A stretch of 64,000 bases of DNA from a virus (taxonomy: Duplodnaviria > Caudoviricetes). Below are positions 46,795 through 57,464 of this stretch, piece by piece. The notes below the pieces were generated by a model. That model made no database searches, had not been told where the DNA came from, and saw nothing but the letters and a program-made list of their open reading frames with translations. The number at the start of each line of letters is the position of its first letter. Within the stretch, counting starts at the first letter, position 1. The translations under genes and the position numbers were made by a program. The DNA lies in the IMG/VR virus record IMGVR_UViG_3300029305_011549, positions 2,725 through 66,724 of that record. The stretch is one strand, 5' to 3'.

Positions 46795-47778
46795 GTGGAT
46801 TTGATTGAAATGGTACAGTCCGCTGATATCGTAGAATACATATCACAGTATGTGGAGCTTGAGCAGCGGGGAGAGGAGTACTGGGGTTTAAGCCCGTTCA
46901 AGGATGAGAGAACGCCGTCATTTTCTGTCCGTGCCGATCCGCCGTTTTTCTACGATTATTCGTCCGGTATCGGAGGAAACATCCATACATTTATCAAGGA
47001 GTATCACGGCGTAACGGGGAAGGAAGCCGCTGAGATTCTCCAAAAATATATCGGGTGTGACGGCGAGACGACAAAGCCGCGTGAGAAAATGACAGCGGCA
47101 ATCGTCAGCCGAAAATTCCAGAAACCAAAGGTGACAACAAAGGTGAACACTTCCGTTGTACTTCCCGATACCGTTATGGAGCGATATGAAAAACGGCAGG
47201 AGATGCTCGATGTCTGGAGAGCAGAAGGGATTTCCGACGCAGCGCTTGATCATTTCAAGGTGTATTACGATGCGTTCTCGAATCGCCTTGTCTATCCGAT
47301 ATATAACATGAACGGACAGATTGTCAACATCGGCGGACGAACACTCGACCCGGATTTCAAGGAAAAGGGTCTTCGAAAATATACGTATTTTTATCCGTGG
47401 GGAAGTATGAATACGGTTTACGGCTTGTATGAAAACATGCAGGCAATTCTTGAGAAAAAAGAGGTTATCGTATTCGAGGGATGCAAGAGCGTTCTGCTTG
47501 CTTATTCTTGGGGCGTGCAGAATACCTGCGCACTTCTGACATCCCATGTCAATCCCAATCAAATGAAATTATTTGCAAGGCTCGGATGCCGTGTGGTTTT
47601 TGCGCTTGACCGCGACGTTGATATTCTCGCAGATAAGCACATTCAAACATTAAAACGATATACAAGAGTGGAGTATTTACATGACACAGAAGGACTGCTC
47701 GGTGAAAAGGATGCACCGGTAGACCGGGGACAGGAGGTGTTCCGGAGATTATATGAAAGCAGACGACGCTATCGCTAA
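46795..47778 (+). CDS. dnaG: DNA primase (zinc-binding region plus TOPRIM)
   Basis: SPFKDERTPSFSV, FGGR-like IGGRT, VFEGCKSV, ALDRD. Confidence 0.85.
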   Translation: MDLIEMVQSADIVEYISQYVELEQRGEEYWGLSPFKDERTPSFSVRADPPFFYDYSSGIGGNIHTFIKEYHGVTGKEAAEILQKYIGCDGETTKPREKMTAAIVSRKFQKPKVTTKVNTSVVLPDTVMERYEKRQEMLDVWRAEGISDAALDHFKVYYDAFSNRLVYPIYNMNGQIVNIGGRTLDPDFKEKGLRKYTYFYPWGSMNTVYGLYENMQAILEKKEVIVFEGCKSVLLAYSWGVQNTCALLTSHVNPNQMKLFARLGCRVVFALDRDVDILADKHIQTLKRYTRVEYLHDTEGLLGEKDAPVDRGQEVFRRLYESRRRYR

Positions 47779-48301
47779 ATTATCAGAAAAGATTTATCGG
47801 GATTTTCTTTTACGATACGATCACTTGCACGATGCGCCCTCTTTGACAAGACGGGCGTTGGCTGATGCCAAAAGACAACAGATATATGTTTCTTCTCGCG
47901 GAGTTAAAACAAGCGCATGGATAGACGCATGGCTTGATCATGCATTGCCTTACTTCAGGTCGTTCAGAGATGGAATGGAAGAGCAGGGTTTTTGGAAAAC
48001 AAAACTCGAACACGCCGAACCTGTAAACAATCATACTTCTCGTAACCAGGCATGGGTCGAGGATGGTTGCGGGGTTCCCGAATGGCTCAAAGACGCTCAT
48101 CAGGAATGGTTAAAAAACCGTGATAAATCATACAACCCATACGATTATGATTACGATCTTGATTCCTGTCCCGCACAAGAGAATTACGGATGCTGTGATA
48201 CGCAGGAAATCGTTTCGGTGACGCATGTTGATGATAATATAGGAGACGACGCACTCGATCTTTTCCTTGCACAGTTCAAAATCACAGCAGAAAAGGAGTG
48301 A
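47753..48301 (+). CDS. Hypothetical protein
   Basis: ORF; C-terminal DALDLFLAQFKI resembles the next ORF's DELDLFYSQFKI and that of 52553. Confidence 0.55.
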   Translation: MKADDAIAKLSEKIYRDFLLRYDHLHDAPSLTRRALADAKRQQIYVSSRGVKTSAWIDAWLDHALPYFRSFRDGMEEQGFWKTKLEHAEPVNNHTSRNQAWVEDGCGVPEWLKDAHQEWLKNRDKSYNPYDYDYDLDSCPAQENYGCCDTQEIVSVTHVDDNIGDDALDLFLAQFKITAEKE

Positions 48302-48302
48302 G

Positions 48303-48554
48303 ATGATGCCGATATCATTTGAGCGCGAATATATGTGTAAATTTCCACCGGAAGACGTCTTCGATTTCAAAATGAATGGGAAAATGTATCGAGGCGTGAT
48401 TACATCTGCAGCATTACACGGGTGTGGTATAGATATTCCTTTGTTTTTGGCAGAAGAAGCGGACGAACCAAGTCATGATACAGAAATCTCCGACGAGCTT
48501 GATCTGTTTTACAGTCAGTTCAAAATCATCAAAGAAAGGGATGGTGCGGTATAG
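48303..48554 (+). CDS. Small hypothetical protein
   Basis: ORF ending DELDLFYSQFKIIKE. Confidence 0.55.
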   Translation: MMPISFEREYMCKFPPEDVFDFKMNGKMYRGVITSAALHGCGIDIPLFLAEEADEPSHDTEISDELDLFYSQFKIIKERDGAV

Positions 48555-48565
48555 GCTCATACATC

Positions 48566-51500
48566 ATGTATCACTGTCATTCAGACTACAGTTTGCTTGA
48601 CAGCTGCACAAAATATCAGGATTATATCGAACTTGCCGTCAGAGATGGCGCAAAGGCGCTGTCGATTTCCGAGCACGGAAAACCCCTGAACTGGACAGAA
48701 AAATGGAACGCATGTAAGCAGGCAGGACTTCGGTATATCCACTCCGTTGAAATATATCTGACGGAAACGCTTGATGAGAAGGTAAGAGACAATTACCATA
48801 CCGTCCTGATGGCGCGAAATATGGACGGTTTGCGGGAATTAAACACACTTGTCACAAAATCCTGCGACAGTGAACATTTCTATTATACCAACCGTATTTC
48901 CTTCGATGAGTTTCTTGCAATGTCAGATAATATCATCTCTACAAGCGCGTGTCTTGCATCGCCTCTGAATAAACTGCCGGATGACCACCCGCGGTATATG
49001 GAGCTTGCGAGGAAATACACCTTTCTGGAGGTACAACCACACGATAATCTGGATCAGATCAGATTTAATATGCGCCTTGCAAAGCTCTCGCAGGAGATCG
49101 GAACGCCGCTGATCGCAGGAACCGATACGCATAGCTCCAATGCTTATAAGGCGGAGTGTAGAAAGGTTTTGCTGTCCTCCAAAAACAAATCATATGGGGA
49201 CGAGGACTCCCTTGATCTGACATATAAAACCTATAGTGAGCTTGTCGCCATGTTTGCAAAGCAGGGCGCACTCTCAAGGGATGCGTATATGCAGGCAATC
49301 GAGAATACGAATCTGCTTTATGATATGACAGAGGAAATCGAACTTGATGTAGGCATCAAGTATCCGATTCTGTACGGAACACGGGAGAGGGACTCCGAGA
49401 TGTTCTCGCAGACCGTAGAGCGGAAGTTCAGAGAAAAGTTGGAGTCCGGCGTGATTCCGAGAGAGCAGGAGAATGCATTCCGCGAGGCAATCGATGAGGA
49501 AATGCGTGTCTTCCGAAAGGTTAAGATGGACGGTTTTATGCTGTCCATGAGTGAGTTTATCACATGGTGTAAGGAAAATGACATCGCCATCGGACCGGCA
49601 AGAGGCTCTGTCGGCGGTTCCAGAGTAGCCTATGTGACGGATATCATTGACTTGAATCCGGAAACATGGCATACGGTTTTCTCGCGCTTTTGCAACGAAG
49701 ACCGGGTTGAAATTGGTAAAAGATATTGCCAGCTCGCACAGCAATGTGCTTGAAAAAGCATCCATTGAATTGCTGGAAACCCCTAAAGACTATGCAGCTA
49801 CAGCGTACTTATGAAAGAAAAAGAAGCGCGAATGCGGCGAAAGCAGAAAAAATGCATAGTATGACATATGGTTAAATCCTAAGTGTTTTTCATGGGCAAT
49901 CAGCAGCCAAGCCTCGAACAGAGGAAGGTTCAACGACTATCCGATAGGAGTAGGGATATTCCCGAAGTAGTGGACTCCCAAAAATGGGATGAAGATATAG
50001 TCTTGTCTCTATTGAAAGATAGAGTGTAACGGATATCGATATAGACTGTGTGGAATCCGATCGCCCCGCAATCTTCAAACACATCATCGATCGGTTCGGA
50101 ACAGAAAAGACAGCACGTGTTGCCTCGTACGGAACGATACAGGCAAAAGGCGTCATTGACGATGTCGGACGGCATCTTGCAAAGCAGTGGAGTGCAGAGC
50201 ATCCCGGAGAAGAAGATAAAAACCCGTGGTCGCTGAAAAACATTGCGGCAATCAAAGAGGAGTACGACAAAGACCCGGAGAAAACAAGCAGAAAATATAC
50301 AGAGCTGTTCTATTATTTCGACGGTCTGAACGATACAAAGGTGTCGCAGTCCGTGCATCCGGCAGGCATGGTCATCAGCCCGATAACGCTGTATGATAAT
50401 TACGGCGTGTTTGATAAAGACGGCGATTTGTGTCTGATGCTGGATATGGAAAATATCCATGATTTCACAGGCCTTGCCAAGTATGACTTTCTTGTTCTGA
50501 AAACAGTACAGGTCATCCGCGATACATGCCGGTATATCGGAATCCCATATCCGAAATCGCACGAAATCGATTGGTTCGATGAAGAGGTATGGGATGATAT
50601 CACAACCGATCCGTCCGGTATCTTCCAGTTTGAGGGTGCATTTGCATTCGATAGCTTAAAGAAATTCCGCCCGAAGAGCATCTTCGATATGTCGATCGTC
50701 ACCGCGTGTATCCGCCCGTCCGGTGCGTCGTACAGAGACGATTTGCTTGCGAGAAAACCGCATTCCAATCCGTCCGCGATCATCGACGAGCTTCTTCGGG
50801 ACAATCTCGGATTAGAAATAGTCCCCTCATGCAGAAATGCATGTTGATAACCCATTGAATTGCTGGGAAATCCTTAGAGCTATGTTACCAAAACGGAGCA
50901 GCGAATAGCTGCAAACGGAAATGGTTTGAAAAAACATGGATTGGGTAATCAGCAGCCAAGCCTCGAATAGAGGAAGGTTCAACGACTATCCCGGAAGGGA
51001 GTAGGACTGAAGCCAGTCCGAAGTGGTGGGTACCCCATGAGGGTAATGATATAGTCTGCGCTTTATCGAAATGATAAAGGGTTTAACCGACGGCGTAGCG
51101 AGCCGTTACGAACAAAACGGATTTAATATATCAGGAGGACACGATTAAATTCCTGCAATTGATTTGCGGCCTGTCCGGAAGTGAATCGGATAATATCCGG
51201 CGTGCAATCGGACGAAAGCAGAAAGAAAGACTTGATGCTGCAATGCCGTCTATTCTGGAGGGGTATTGCGAAAAATCTCCGCAGCCGAGAGAGATTGCGG
51301 AGTCAGAGGCAAAAGAATTCTTACAAATCATTGAGGATAGTGCCTCTTATCAATTTGGTTACAACCATTCAATCGCCTACTGTCTGCTCGGATATCTGTG
51401 CGCATATTACCGCCACTACTATCCGCTCGAATTTATCACATCGTTTCTGAATAACGCGGCAAACGATGACGATATCAAAAACGGAACGGCGTACGCAAAC

Positions 51501-52307
51501 AAAGTCGGCATCAAAATCACAATGCCGAGATGGGGACTTTCCAAAGGAGAATACTTCTTCGACCGCGAACGAAGAATCATCGCAAAAGGTCTTACCTCAA
51601 TCAAGTATATGGGTAAGAACGTCGCGGAAGAACTGTACGATATCGCACATAACACCAAAGCCGAGCGATTTGTCGATGTTCTGTCGGCGCTGAACACATC
51701 GTCGCTTGATACACGTCAGCTCGATATTCTGATCAAGCTTGATTTCTTCTCCGAATTTGGAAATCAGAGAGAGTTGCTCCGGATTACGGAGATGTATACG
51801 GAGCTGTTCCGGTGCGGTGAGGCAAAGAAAATCAGCCGTGATAAGGTGGACGGAACGCCGCTCGAACCGATTGTAACAAAGTACGCAGTCGGTGTTACCA
51901 AGGCTGGCGGTATCGCAAAATCCTATACACTGCTCGATGTGTCATCTATCCTCCGGGAAACCGAGGACGCAATCAAAGCATCCGGCGTTGCCGACCTCAG
52001 CGACCTGACAAAAGTAAGGAACTTTGAAAGCATTATGGGTTACGCAGGATATGTCACAGACCGTGAGGAAGACAGACGAAAGCTGTATGTGCTCAATGTC
52101 TATCCGCTTGTCCGAAAAGCAGACGATAAGCAGTTTGGCTATTCCGTCGTGACAAAGAGTATCGGCTCCGGGAAAGAAAGCCGCTTCACCGTGGTGAACC
52201 GCGTGTACGATACCAATCCAATACATAAAGGCGATATCATTTATTGTAAATCCTATGAAAAAAACGGCCAGTATTACAGACTGACCGGATTTGATAAAAT
52301 CTATTGA
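48566..52307 (+). CDS. dnaE: DNA polymerase III alpha subunit, three exons (48566-49717, 50032-50812, 51121-52307; 1039 aa spliced)
   Basis: PHP motif HCHSDYSLLD, RGSVGGS; splicing restores EIG|DIDID and NLG-Y-LIYQED in frame (1152+781+1187=3120 nt). Confidence 0.92.
49718..50031 (+). mobile_element. Group I self-splicing intron 1 (314 nt, no ORF)
   Basis: Exon ends in U (GGT), intron ends in G; IGS GCCAG; P/Q/R/S elements AATTGCTGGAAA, AATCAGCAGCC, TCAACGACTA, GATATAGTC. Confidence 0.9.
50813..51120 (+). mobile_element. Group I self-splicing intron 2 (308 nt, no ORF)
   Basis: Exon ends in U, terminal G; IGS GTCC; same P/Q/R/S elements as intron 1. Confidence 0.9.
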
Positions 52308-52543
52308 AAGAGGTGATCGATATATTCAAACATAAGATCGAGCTTGTAACCGTCGGCGACATTTATGAGTTTGTCAGCGTAGCGACAAAGGCGTCCGGCA
52401 AGGTTCTGCTCACAGACGAAACAGGGTTCTGCGTCAGCGGCAAAAGCCTGCTCGGTGCGACTGCCGCAATTGAGTGGGATTCGCTCTACTGTCTGTCCGA
52501 GAACGATATTTACACAAGCATTCAGAAATTTTGCGTGGGGTGA
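52304..52543 (+). CDS. HPr-like protein lacking the His15 motif
   Basis: VSGKSLLG aligns with the HPr NAKSIMG (Ser46) motif; no HARP motif. Confidence 0.65.
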   Translation: MKEVIDIFKHKIELVTVGDIYEFVSVATKASGKVLLTDETGFCVSGKSLLGATAAIEWDSLYCLSENDIYTSIQKFCVG

Positions 52544-52552
52544 TGATAGAAA

Positions 52553-53071
52553 ATGAAAGTATTGACAGCAAAAAATCTTGAGGATATCCTTGTCAGGTGT
52601 AATGAAGACCGTAGAATACAGGCATGCATTTATACATCGTGCGAACAAGAAGCAGTTGAACTATCCGAAGCTCTTTTGAGCACACTCCACAGAGGTATGG
52701 TCGTTGCTTATTACGATCCACGCGGATCTGAGCGTTGCGGAAAGATTCGATTCAAAGATGGAGACATCTTTAGACCTCATGAACAAATTCAGATCATCGG
52801 CATTACGAATACGGAACGTGTAAAGGGCGGCGTGTATAATGAAATCTTTGTAACACCCGGTGTTCTTGGAGATCAGCCGGCTTCGGACGAGCAAATATAT
52901 CAGTTTTACTGTCCTATTTGTAAACAAAATATTACGGAGATAACAGTCGATAAAAACAAGCATTGTTTGTCGTTTTCTTCAGCAAAAAACGCTGATTTTG
53001 GAGCAAAAACAGAAGAAATCGACCCGCTTGAAGCGTTTTTGAGCACTTTTCAGATCAAAAAATGTGAATAA
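52553..53071 (+). CDS. Hypothetical protein
   Basis: ORF in run. Confidence 0.55.
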   Translation: MKVLTAKNLEDILVRCNEDRRIQACIYTSCEQEAVELSEALLSTLHRGMVVAYYDPRGSERCGKIRFKDGDIFRPHEQIQIIGITNTERVKGGVYNEIFVTPGVLGDQPASDEQIYQFYCPICKQNITEITVDKNKHCLSFSSAKNADFGAKTEEIDPLEAFLSTFQIKKCE

Positions 53072-53106
53072 AAGTATAGTTTCATACACATAGGAGGACT
53101 ACAAAA

Positions 53107-53316
53107 ATGAACCAGAAAGCATGCAGGTGTAATAAGTGCGGACGCGAGATGCAGGTGTTTGATCTGCACAACAATTTCTCAATACATAAAACAATCGGGT
53201 ATGGAAGCGTACACGATGGGGACGAGCTTCATATCGCGTTCTGCTGTGACTGTATGGATGAGATCATTTCATCCTGTGTTATCTCCCCGATTTCCGAAAA
53301 AACATGGAGGGCGTAA
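53107..53316 (+). CDS. Small zinc-binding protein
   Basis: CNKC...CCDC. Confidence 0.6.
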   Translation: MNQKACRCNKCGREMQVFDLHNNFSIHKTIGYGSVHDGDELHIAFCCDCMDEIISSCVISPISEKTWRA

Positions 53317-53322
53317 ATACAT

Positions 53323-53964
53323 ATGGAAGCAATCAACCGTGAGATTACAAATCTCGATGTGGATGTCATCATCGCCGATGAATGCGAGTGTGTGAAGCAC
53401 GCGCATGTATACGGCCTTGAAAACAGCATTCGCCGTGCAAAATTCCCGATGTCGGTGGATACCGATACATTAAACAGTACCCTGACGCTCGGCATCTCAT
53501 CTCTTGCAAGAAGTCACGCAGGGGAGGGACACGACCAGTGGCTGACAGGTGTTATCGTACAGTTCGACCTGACATTTTCCAATAAGGTATGGGTAGAGGC
53601 GGAGCGGTATCACTTCTTTGACTTCATCAGCTCACAGAGTACCATGCACCGTATCGCAAAGTTTGATTTCGATCAGACCTATAACGAATACGTTGACGGC
53701 CGGATTGTCGAAATCATGAAGGAAAAGCTGGATGCGTACAACAACGAAACAGATGAGGATATGCGCCGTGAGATGTATCTCGGTCTGCTGTACAGCAACC
53801 CCGCAGGCTGCATGATCACAGCGGGTATGACCACCAACTACAGACAGCTCAAAACAATTTACCACCAGCGCAAAAACCACAGACTTCCGGAATGGCGAGC
53901 TTTCTGCCGTTGGATTGAATCGCTTCCGTACAGCGATCTGATTACAGGAGAACCGATCGAATGA
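53323..53964 (+). CDS. ThyX/Thy1-like protein
   Basis: GHDQWL..V.VQFDL...E.ERYHF...SQST...TNYRQL..IY.QR..HRLPEW. Confidence 0.55.
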   Translation: MEAINREITNLDVDVIIADECECVKHAHVYGLENSIRRAKFPMSVDTDTLNSTLTLGISSLARSHAGEGHDQWLTGVIVQFDLTFSNKVWVEAERYHFFDFISSQSTMHRIAKFDFDQTYNEYVDGRIVEIMKEKLDAYNNETDEDMRREMYLGLLYSNPAGCMITAGMTTNYRQLKTIYHQRKNHRLPEWRAFCRWIESLPYSDLITGEPIE

Positions 53965-54494
53965 AAGTAATTCTGATATCAGGCAAGGCAAGACACGGCA
54001 AGGATACAGCGGCTGAAATCCTTGAGCGGCACTTAAAGAACGCAGGATACCGTGTTCTTGTCGCACATTACGCAGATTTACTGAAGTATATCTGCAAGAC
54101 GTTCTTCGGGTGGGACGGAAATAAGGATGAGTCCGGACGTAATCTTCTGCAGACAGTCGGAACAAACACCATCAGAAAAGTTCGCCCGGATTATTGGGCG
54201 GACTTCATCGCAGATGTCCTTTCGTTCTTTCCGGATGCATGGGATTATGTGCTGATTCCGGACTGCCGATTCCCGAATGAAGTCGAGCGCATGAAGGATA
54301 AGATCGCAGATACAACGCTCGTCCGCGTTGTCCGTCATAACTTTGACTCCGGACTCACAGAGGAGCAGTTAAACCACCCGTCCGAAACGGCACTGGACGA
54401 TTATCCTGCGGATCAGTATTTTGATAACGACGGAACGGTAGAGGCACTCGAAAACAAAATCAAAACATGGATTGGAGAAATTACATATGAATAA
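53961..54494 (+). CDS. Deoxynucleoside monophosphate kinase
   Basis: ISGKARHGKDT, LLQTVGT, IPDCRFPNE, HPSE. Confidence 0.8.
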   Translation: MKVILISGKARHGKDTAAEILERHLKNAGYRVLVAHYADLLKYICKTFFGWDGNKDESGRNLLQTVGTNTIRKVRPDYWADFIADVLSFFPDAWDYVLIPDCRFPNEVERMKDKIADTTLVRVVRHNFDSGLTEEQLNHPSETALDDYPADQYFDNDGTVEALENKIKTWIGEITYE

Positions 54495-55125
54495 GGAAAA
54501 GAATTTATATAACATCGATATCGACCTCGGCGAAATTCTGGAGGAAACCTCCAATGTTGATGATTATTTCTATATTCAGGATCTGAAGCAGAGAAAGCTT
54601 TATCTGAATACGGATATCGACCAGTTTGCCGTCGCCGGTGTCGTAAGACATATCCTGCAAATCAACCGAGAGGACAAGGAACTTCCGGTTGAGCAGAGAG
54701 CCCCGATTATTCTGTATGTCGCCTCCAACGGCGGCGAGGCAAACTCCGGTTTTGAGCTGATCGATGTTATCGCAGCAAGCAAGACTCCTGTTTATACCGT
54801 CAATCTCGGGTATCAATTCAGTATGGGCTTTCTGATCGGACTCGCAGGACATAAGCGGTTTGCCATGAAGAATGCGAAGTTCTTGATGCACGACGGTTCC
54901 AATTTCGTGTATAACTCCGGCACAAAGGCACAGGATCAGATGGAATTCTATCGCCGTGCCGAGGAAAGAATCAGACAGTATGTCATCGAGCATAGCCGTC
55001 TGACCGAGGAAGAATACGACAATAAGCTCCGCGTAGAATGGTATCTGTTCGCGGACGAAGCAAAGGAGAAGGGCTTTGTCGATGCCATCATCGGCGTTGA
55101 CTGCGACATCGATGAGATCATTTGA
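54487..55125 (+). CDS. clpP: ClpP-like protease subunit
   Basis: LYVASNGGE, FSMGFLI (catalytic Ser), FLMHD, EAKEKGFVD. Confidence 0.8.
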   Translation: MNKEKNLYNIDIDLGEILEETSNVDDYFYIQDLKQRKLYLNTDIDQFAVAGVVRHILQINREDKELPVEQRAPIILYVASNGGEANSGFELIDVIAASKTPVYTVNLGYQFSMGFLIGLAGHKRFAMKNAKFLMHDGSNFVYNSGTKAQDQMEFYRRAEERIRQYVIEHSRLTEEEYDNKLRVEWYLFADEAKEKGFVDAIIGVDCDIDEII

Positions 55126-55138
55126 GGAGGACTCTGCA

Positions 55139-55966
55139 ATGACAGAATATCTTGGATATAAAGAGGTTGTACCAACCGATGAGGAACTTGGTGTGATATA
55201 CGGCAAAACGCCGGAAAACATTTATAACTGCCACCAGAATGAATATCTGATTCTCAGAGACGCAGAGGAAAATGTGATTGAGACATTCCGCTGCTCGGAT
55301 AATCAGTATACGAAGGTTGGTTATAAGACCGTGAACAGCCGGTTTCTCGGAAGGGTAAAGCCGCGAAATATCCATCAGCGACTTGCTATGGATATGCTGT
55401 ACAGACCGGATATCACCGTAAAGATCATCACCGGTAAGTTCGGTACCGGCAAGGACTTCCTTATGTGTTCGGCAGCGGTTGATATGATCGAGGGAGGAAA
55501 GTTCGACCGTATTGTATATGTAAGAAATAACATTGAGGTAAAGAACTCCAAGCCGATCGGGTTCCTGCCCGGCTCGTATAACGAAAAACTGCTTCCGTTT
55601 GCAATGCCGCTCGCCGACCATCTCGGCGGCGTGGACGGCTTGAACCTGATGGTGAGCAGCGGGAAAATCGACATCGTGCATCTCGGATTTATCCGCGGAC
55701 GTGATATCAAGAATTCGATCATCATCTGCTCGGAAGCAGAGAATATGACAAAGGAGCATGTGCAGCTTTTGCTCGGACGTGTCGGGGAGGGTTCCGAGCT
55801 GTGGCTGAACGGTGACTTCAGACAGTGCGACGCAGAGGTTTTCCGCTCCAACAGCGGACTTATGACAGCGGTGGAACGCCTCAAGGGACATCCGCGATTC
55901 GGCTATGTCAACCTGCAGATCACAGAAAGGAGCGAAACTGCCGCTATGGCAGACTTACTCGATTGA
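55139..55966 (+). CDS. phoH: PhoH family ATPase
   Basis: GKFGTGKD, IRGRDI, EAENMT, LNGDFRQCD, RSE. Confidence 0.88.
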   Translation: MTEYLGYKEVVPTDEELGVIYGKTPENIYNCHQNEYLILRDAEENVIETFRCSDNQYTKVGYKTVNSRFLGRVKPRNIHQRLAMDMLYRPDITVKIITGKFGTGKDFLMCSAAVDMIEGGKFDRIVYVRNNIEVKNSKPIGFLPGSYNEKLLPFAMPLADHLGGVDGLNLMVSSGKIDIVHLGFIRGRDIKNSIIICSEAENMTKEHVQLLLGRVGEGSELWLNGDFRQCDAEVFRSNSGLMTAVERLKGHPRFGYVNLQITERSETAAMADLLD

Positions 55967-55973
55967 ATCACTC

Positions 55974-57464
55974 ATGAAAGAATTATTCGTAGATAATTTT
56001 GCCGGAGGCGGAGGTGCATCAACCGGCATTGAAACTGCGATCGGAAGAAGTGTTGATATTGCAATCAATCATGACCCCGATGCTATAGCAATGCACAAAG
56101 TCAATCATCCCGGTACAAGGCATTACTGTGAGGATGTATGGGAGGTTGATCCTGTAGAAGCATGCGGCGGCAATCCGGTAGCTCTCGCTTGGTTTTCGCC
56201 TGACTGCAGGCATTTTTCCAGAGCCAAGGGTGGTAAACCTGTTGATAAAAACATCCGTGGACTTGCGTGGGTTTCGGTTCGCTGGGCGTATCTTGTCAGA
56301 CCGAGATGCATCATGCTTGAAAATGTGCCTGAAATACAGACATGGGGTCCGCTCGACAAAAACAGCAAACCAATCAAGGAGCGGATCGGAGAAACATTTG
56401 ATGGGTTTATCAAATGCCTGTCTACAGGTATTCCGAGCAGTCATCCGGCATTCAAAGAAATGTGTGTTTCACTTGGTATCGAGCAGGATTCCGAGATGGC
56501 ATACGCATTGCAGTGCGGTCTTGGATATCATATCGAATACCGTGTACTTCGTTCATGTGATTACGGTGCACCGACAACACGGACAAGATTCTATATGATT
56601 GCAAGGTGTGACGGCAAGCCGGTCGTATGGCCGGTACCGACACACGGAGATAAGTATAGCAAAGAAGTCAGAATGGGACTCAGAGAGCCATACAGAACTG
56701 CGGCAGACTGTATTGACTGGAGTATTCCGGCACAAAGTATTTTTGAAAGGGAAAAGCCGCTTGCAGACAATACGCTTCGCAGGATCGCAATGGGAATCAA
56801 ACGGTTTGTTATCGATAATCAGGAGCCGTTTATCCTCCATTACAAATTTGACAATCAACCGGAAAGTGTAGAGAAGCCGCTTTCAACCGTAACCGCTGTC
56901 AACAGTCATTATATCGTAGCACCAAGCCTGATTCAGTATCACAGTGAGACATCAGACAATGAAGTGAGAGGTCAGGAGCTTACCGATCCGATTATGACCA
57001 TCGATACGAGTCCAAGATACGCATTATCTGTTGCATATCTAATGAAGAAATACGCCGGGATTGAAACAAATAATGAGTCGATCATAGACGAACACGATTA
57101 TAAGGATGAGGTACAGGCTTTTCTTGTGAAGTATTTTTCAAACGGCATCGCAAAATCCGTGAATGAACCGCTTGATACTGTAACAACAAAGGACAGATTT
57201 GCGCTTGTTACGATACATGGCGAGAAGTATATCATCTCAGATATAAAAATGCGTATGCTCCAGCCAAGAGAATTGTTTAACGCACAGGGCTTCCCGCAGG
57301 ATTATATTATTGATACTGATATGAATGGCAATCCGATAGCTAAAACCAAACAGATTGCACGATGCGGAAACGCAGTAACGCCTCCTGTACCGGCAGCTCT
57401 GGTTCGTGCAAATCTTCCGGAGTACTGCACGGATGTAAATGAGGCGATGAAGAAAGGAGCATAA
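55974..57464 (+). CDS. Orphan C5-cytosine DNA methyltransferase
   Basis: DNFAGGGGAS, FSPDC, LENV, R.R, GNAV. Confidence 0.88.
   Translation: MKELFVDNFAGGGGASTGIETAIGRSVDIAINHDPDAIAMHKVNHPGTRHYCEDVWEVDPVEACGGNPVALAWFSPDCRHFSRAKGGKPVDKNIRGLAWVSVRWAYLVRPRCIMLENVPEIQTWGPLDKNSKPIKERIGETFDGFIKCLSTGIPSSHPAFKEMCVSLGIEQDSEMAYALQCGLGYHIEYRVLRSCDYGAPTTRTRFYMIARCDGKPVVWPVPTHGDKYSKEVRMGLREPYRTAADCIDWSIPAQSIFEREKPLADNTLRRIAMGIKRFVIDNQEPFILHYKFDNQPESVEKPLSTVTAVNSHYIVAPSLIQYHSETSDNEVRGQELTDPIMTIDTSPRYALSVAYLMKKYAGIETNNESIIDEHDYKDEVQAFLVKYFSNGIAKSVNEPLDTVTTKDRFALVTIHGEKYIISDIKMRMLQPRELFNAQGFPQDYIIDTDMNGNPIAKTKQIARCGNAVTPPVPAALVRANLPEYCTDVNEAMKKGA

Noticed and set aside
48566-52307. dnaE as a frameshifted pseudogene or intein-containing gene
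   Set aside because: The insertions contain stop codons and group I core elements, and exact U|...G| splicing restores the frame and conserved motifs.
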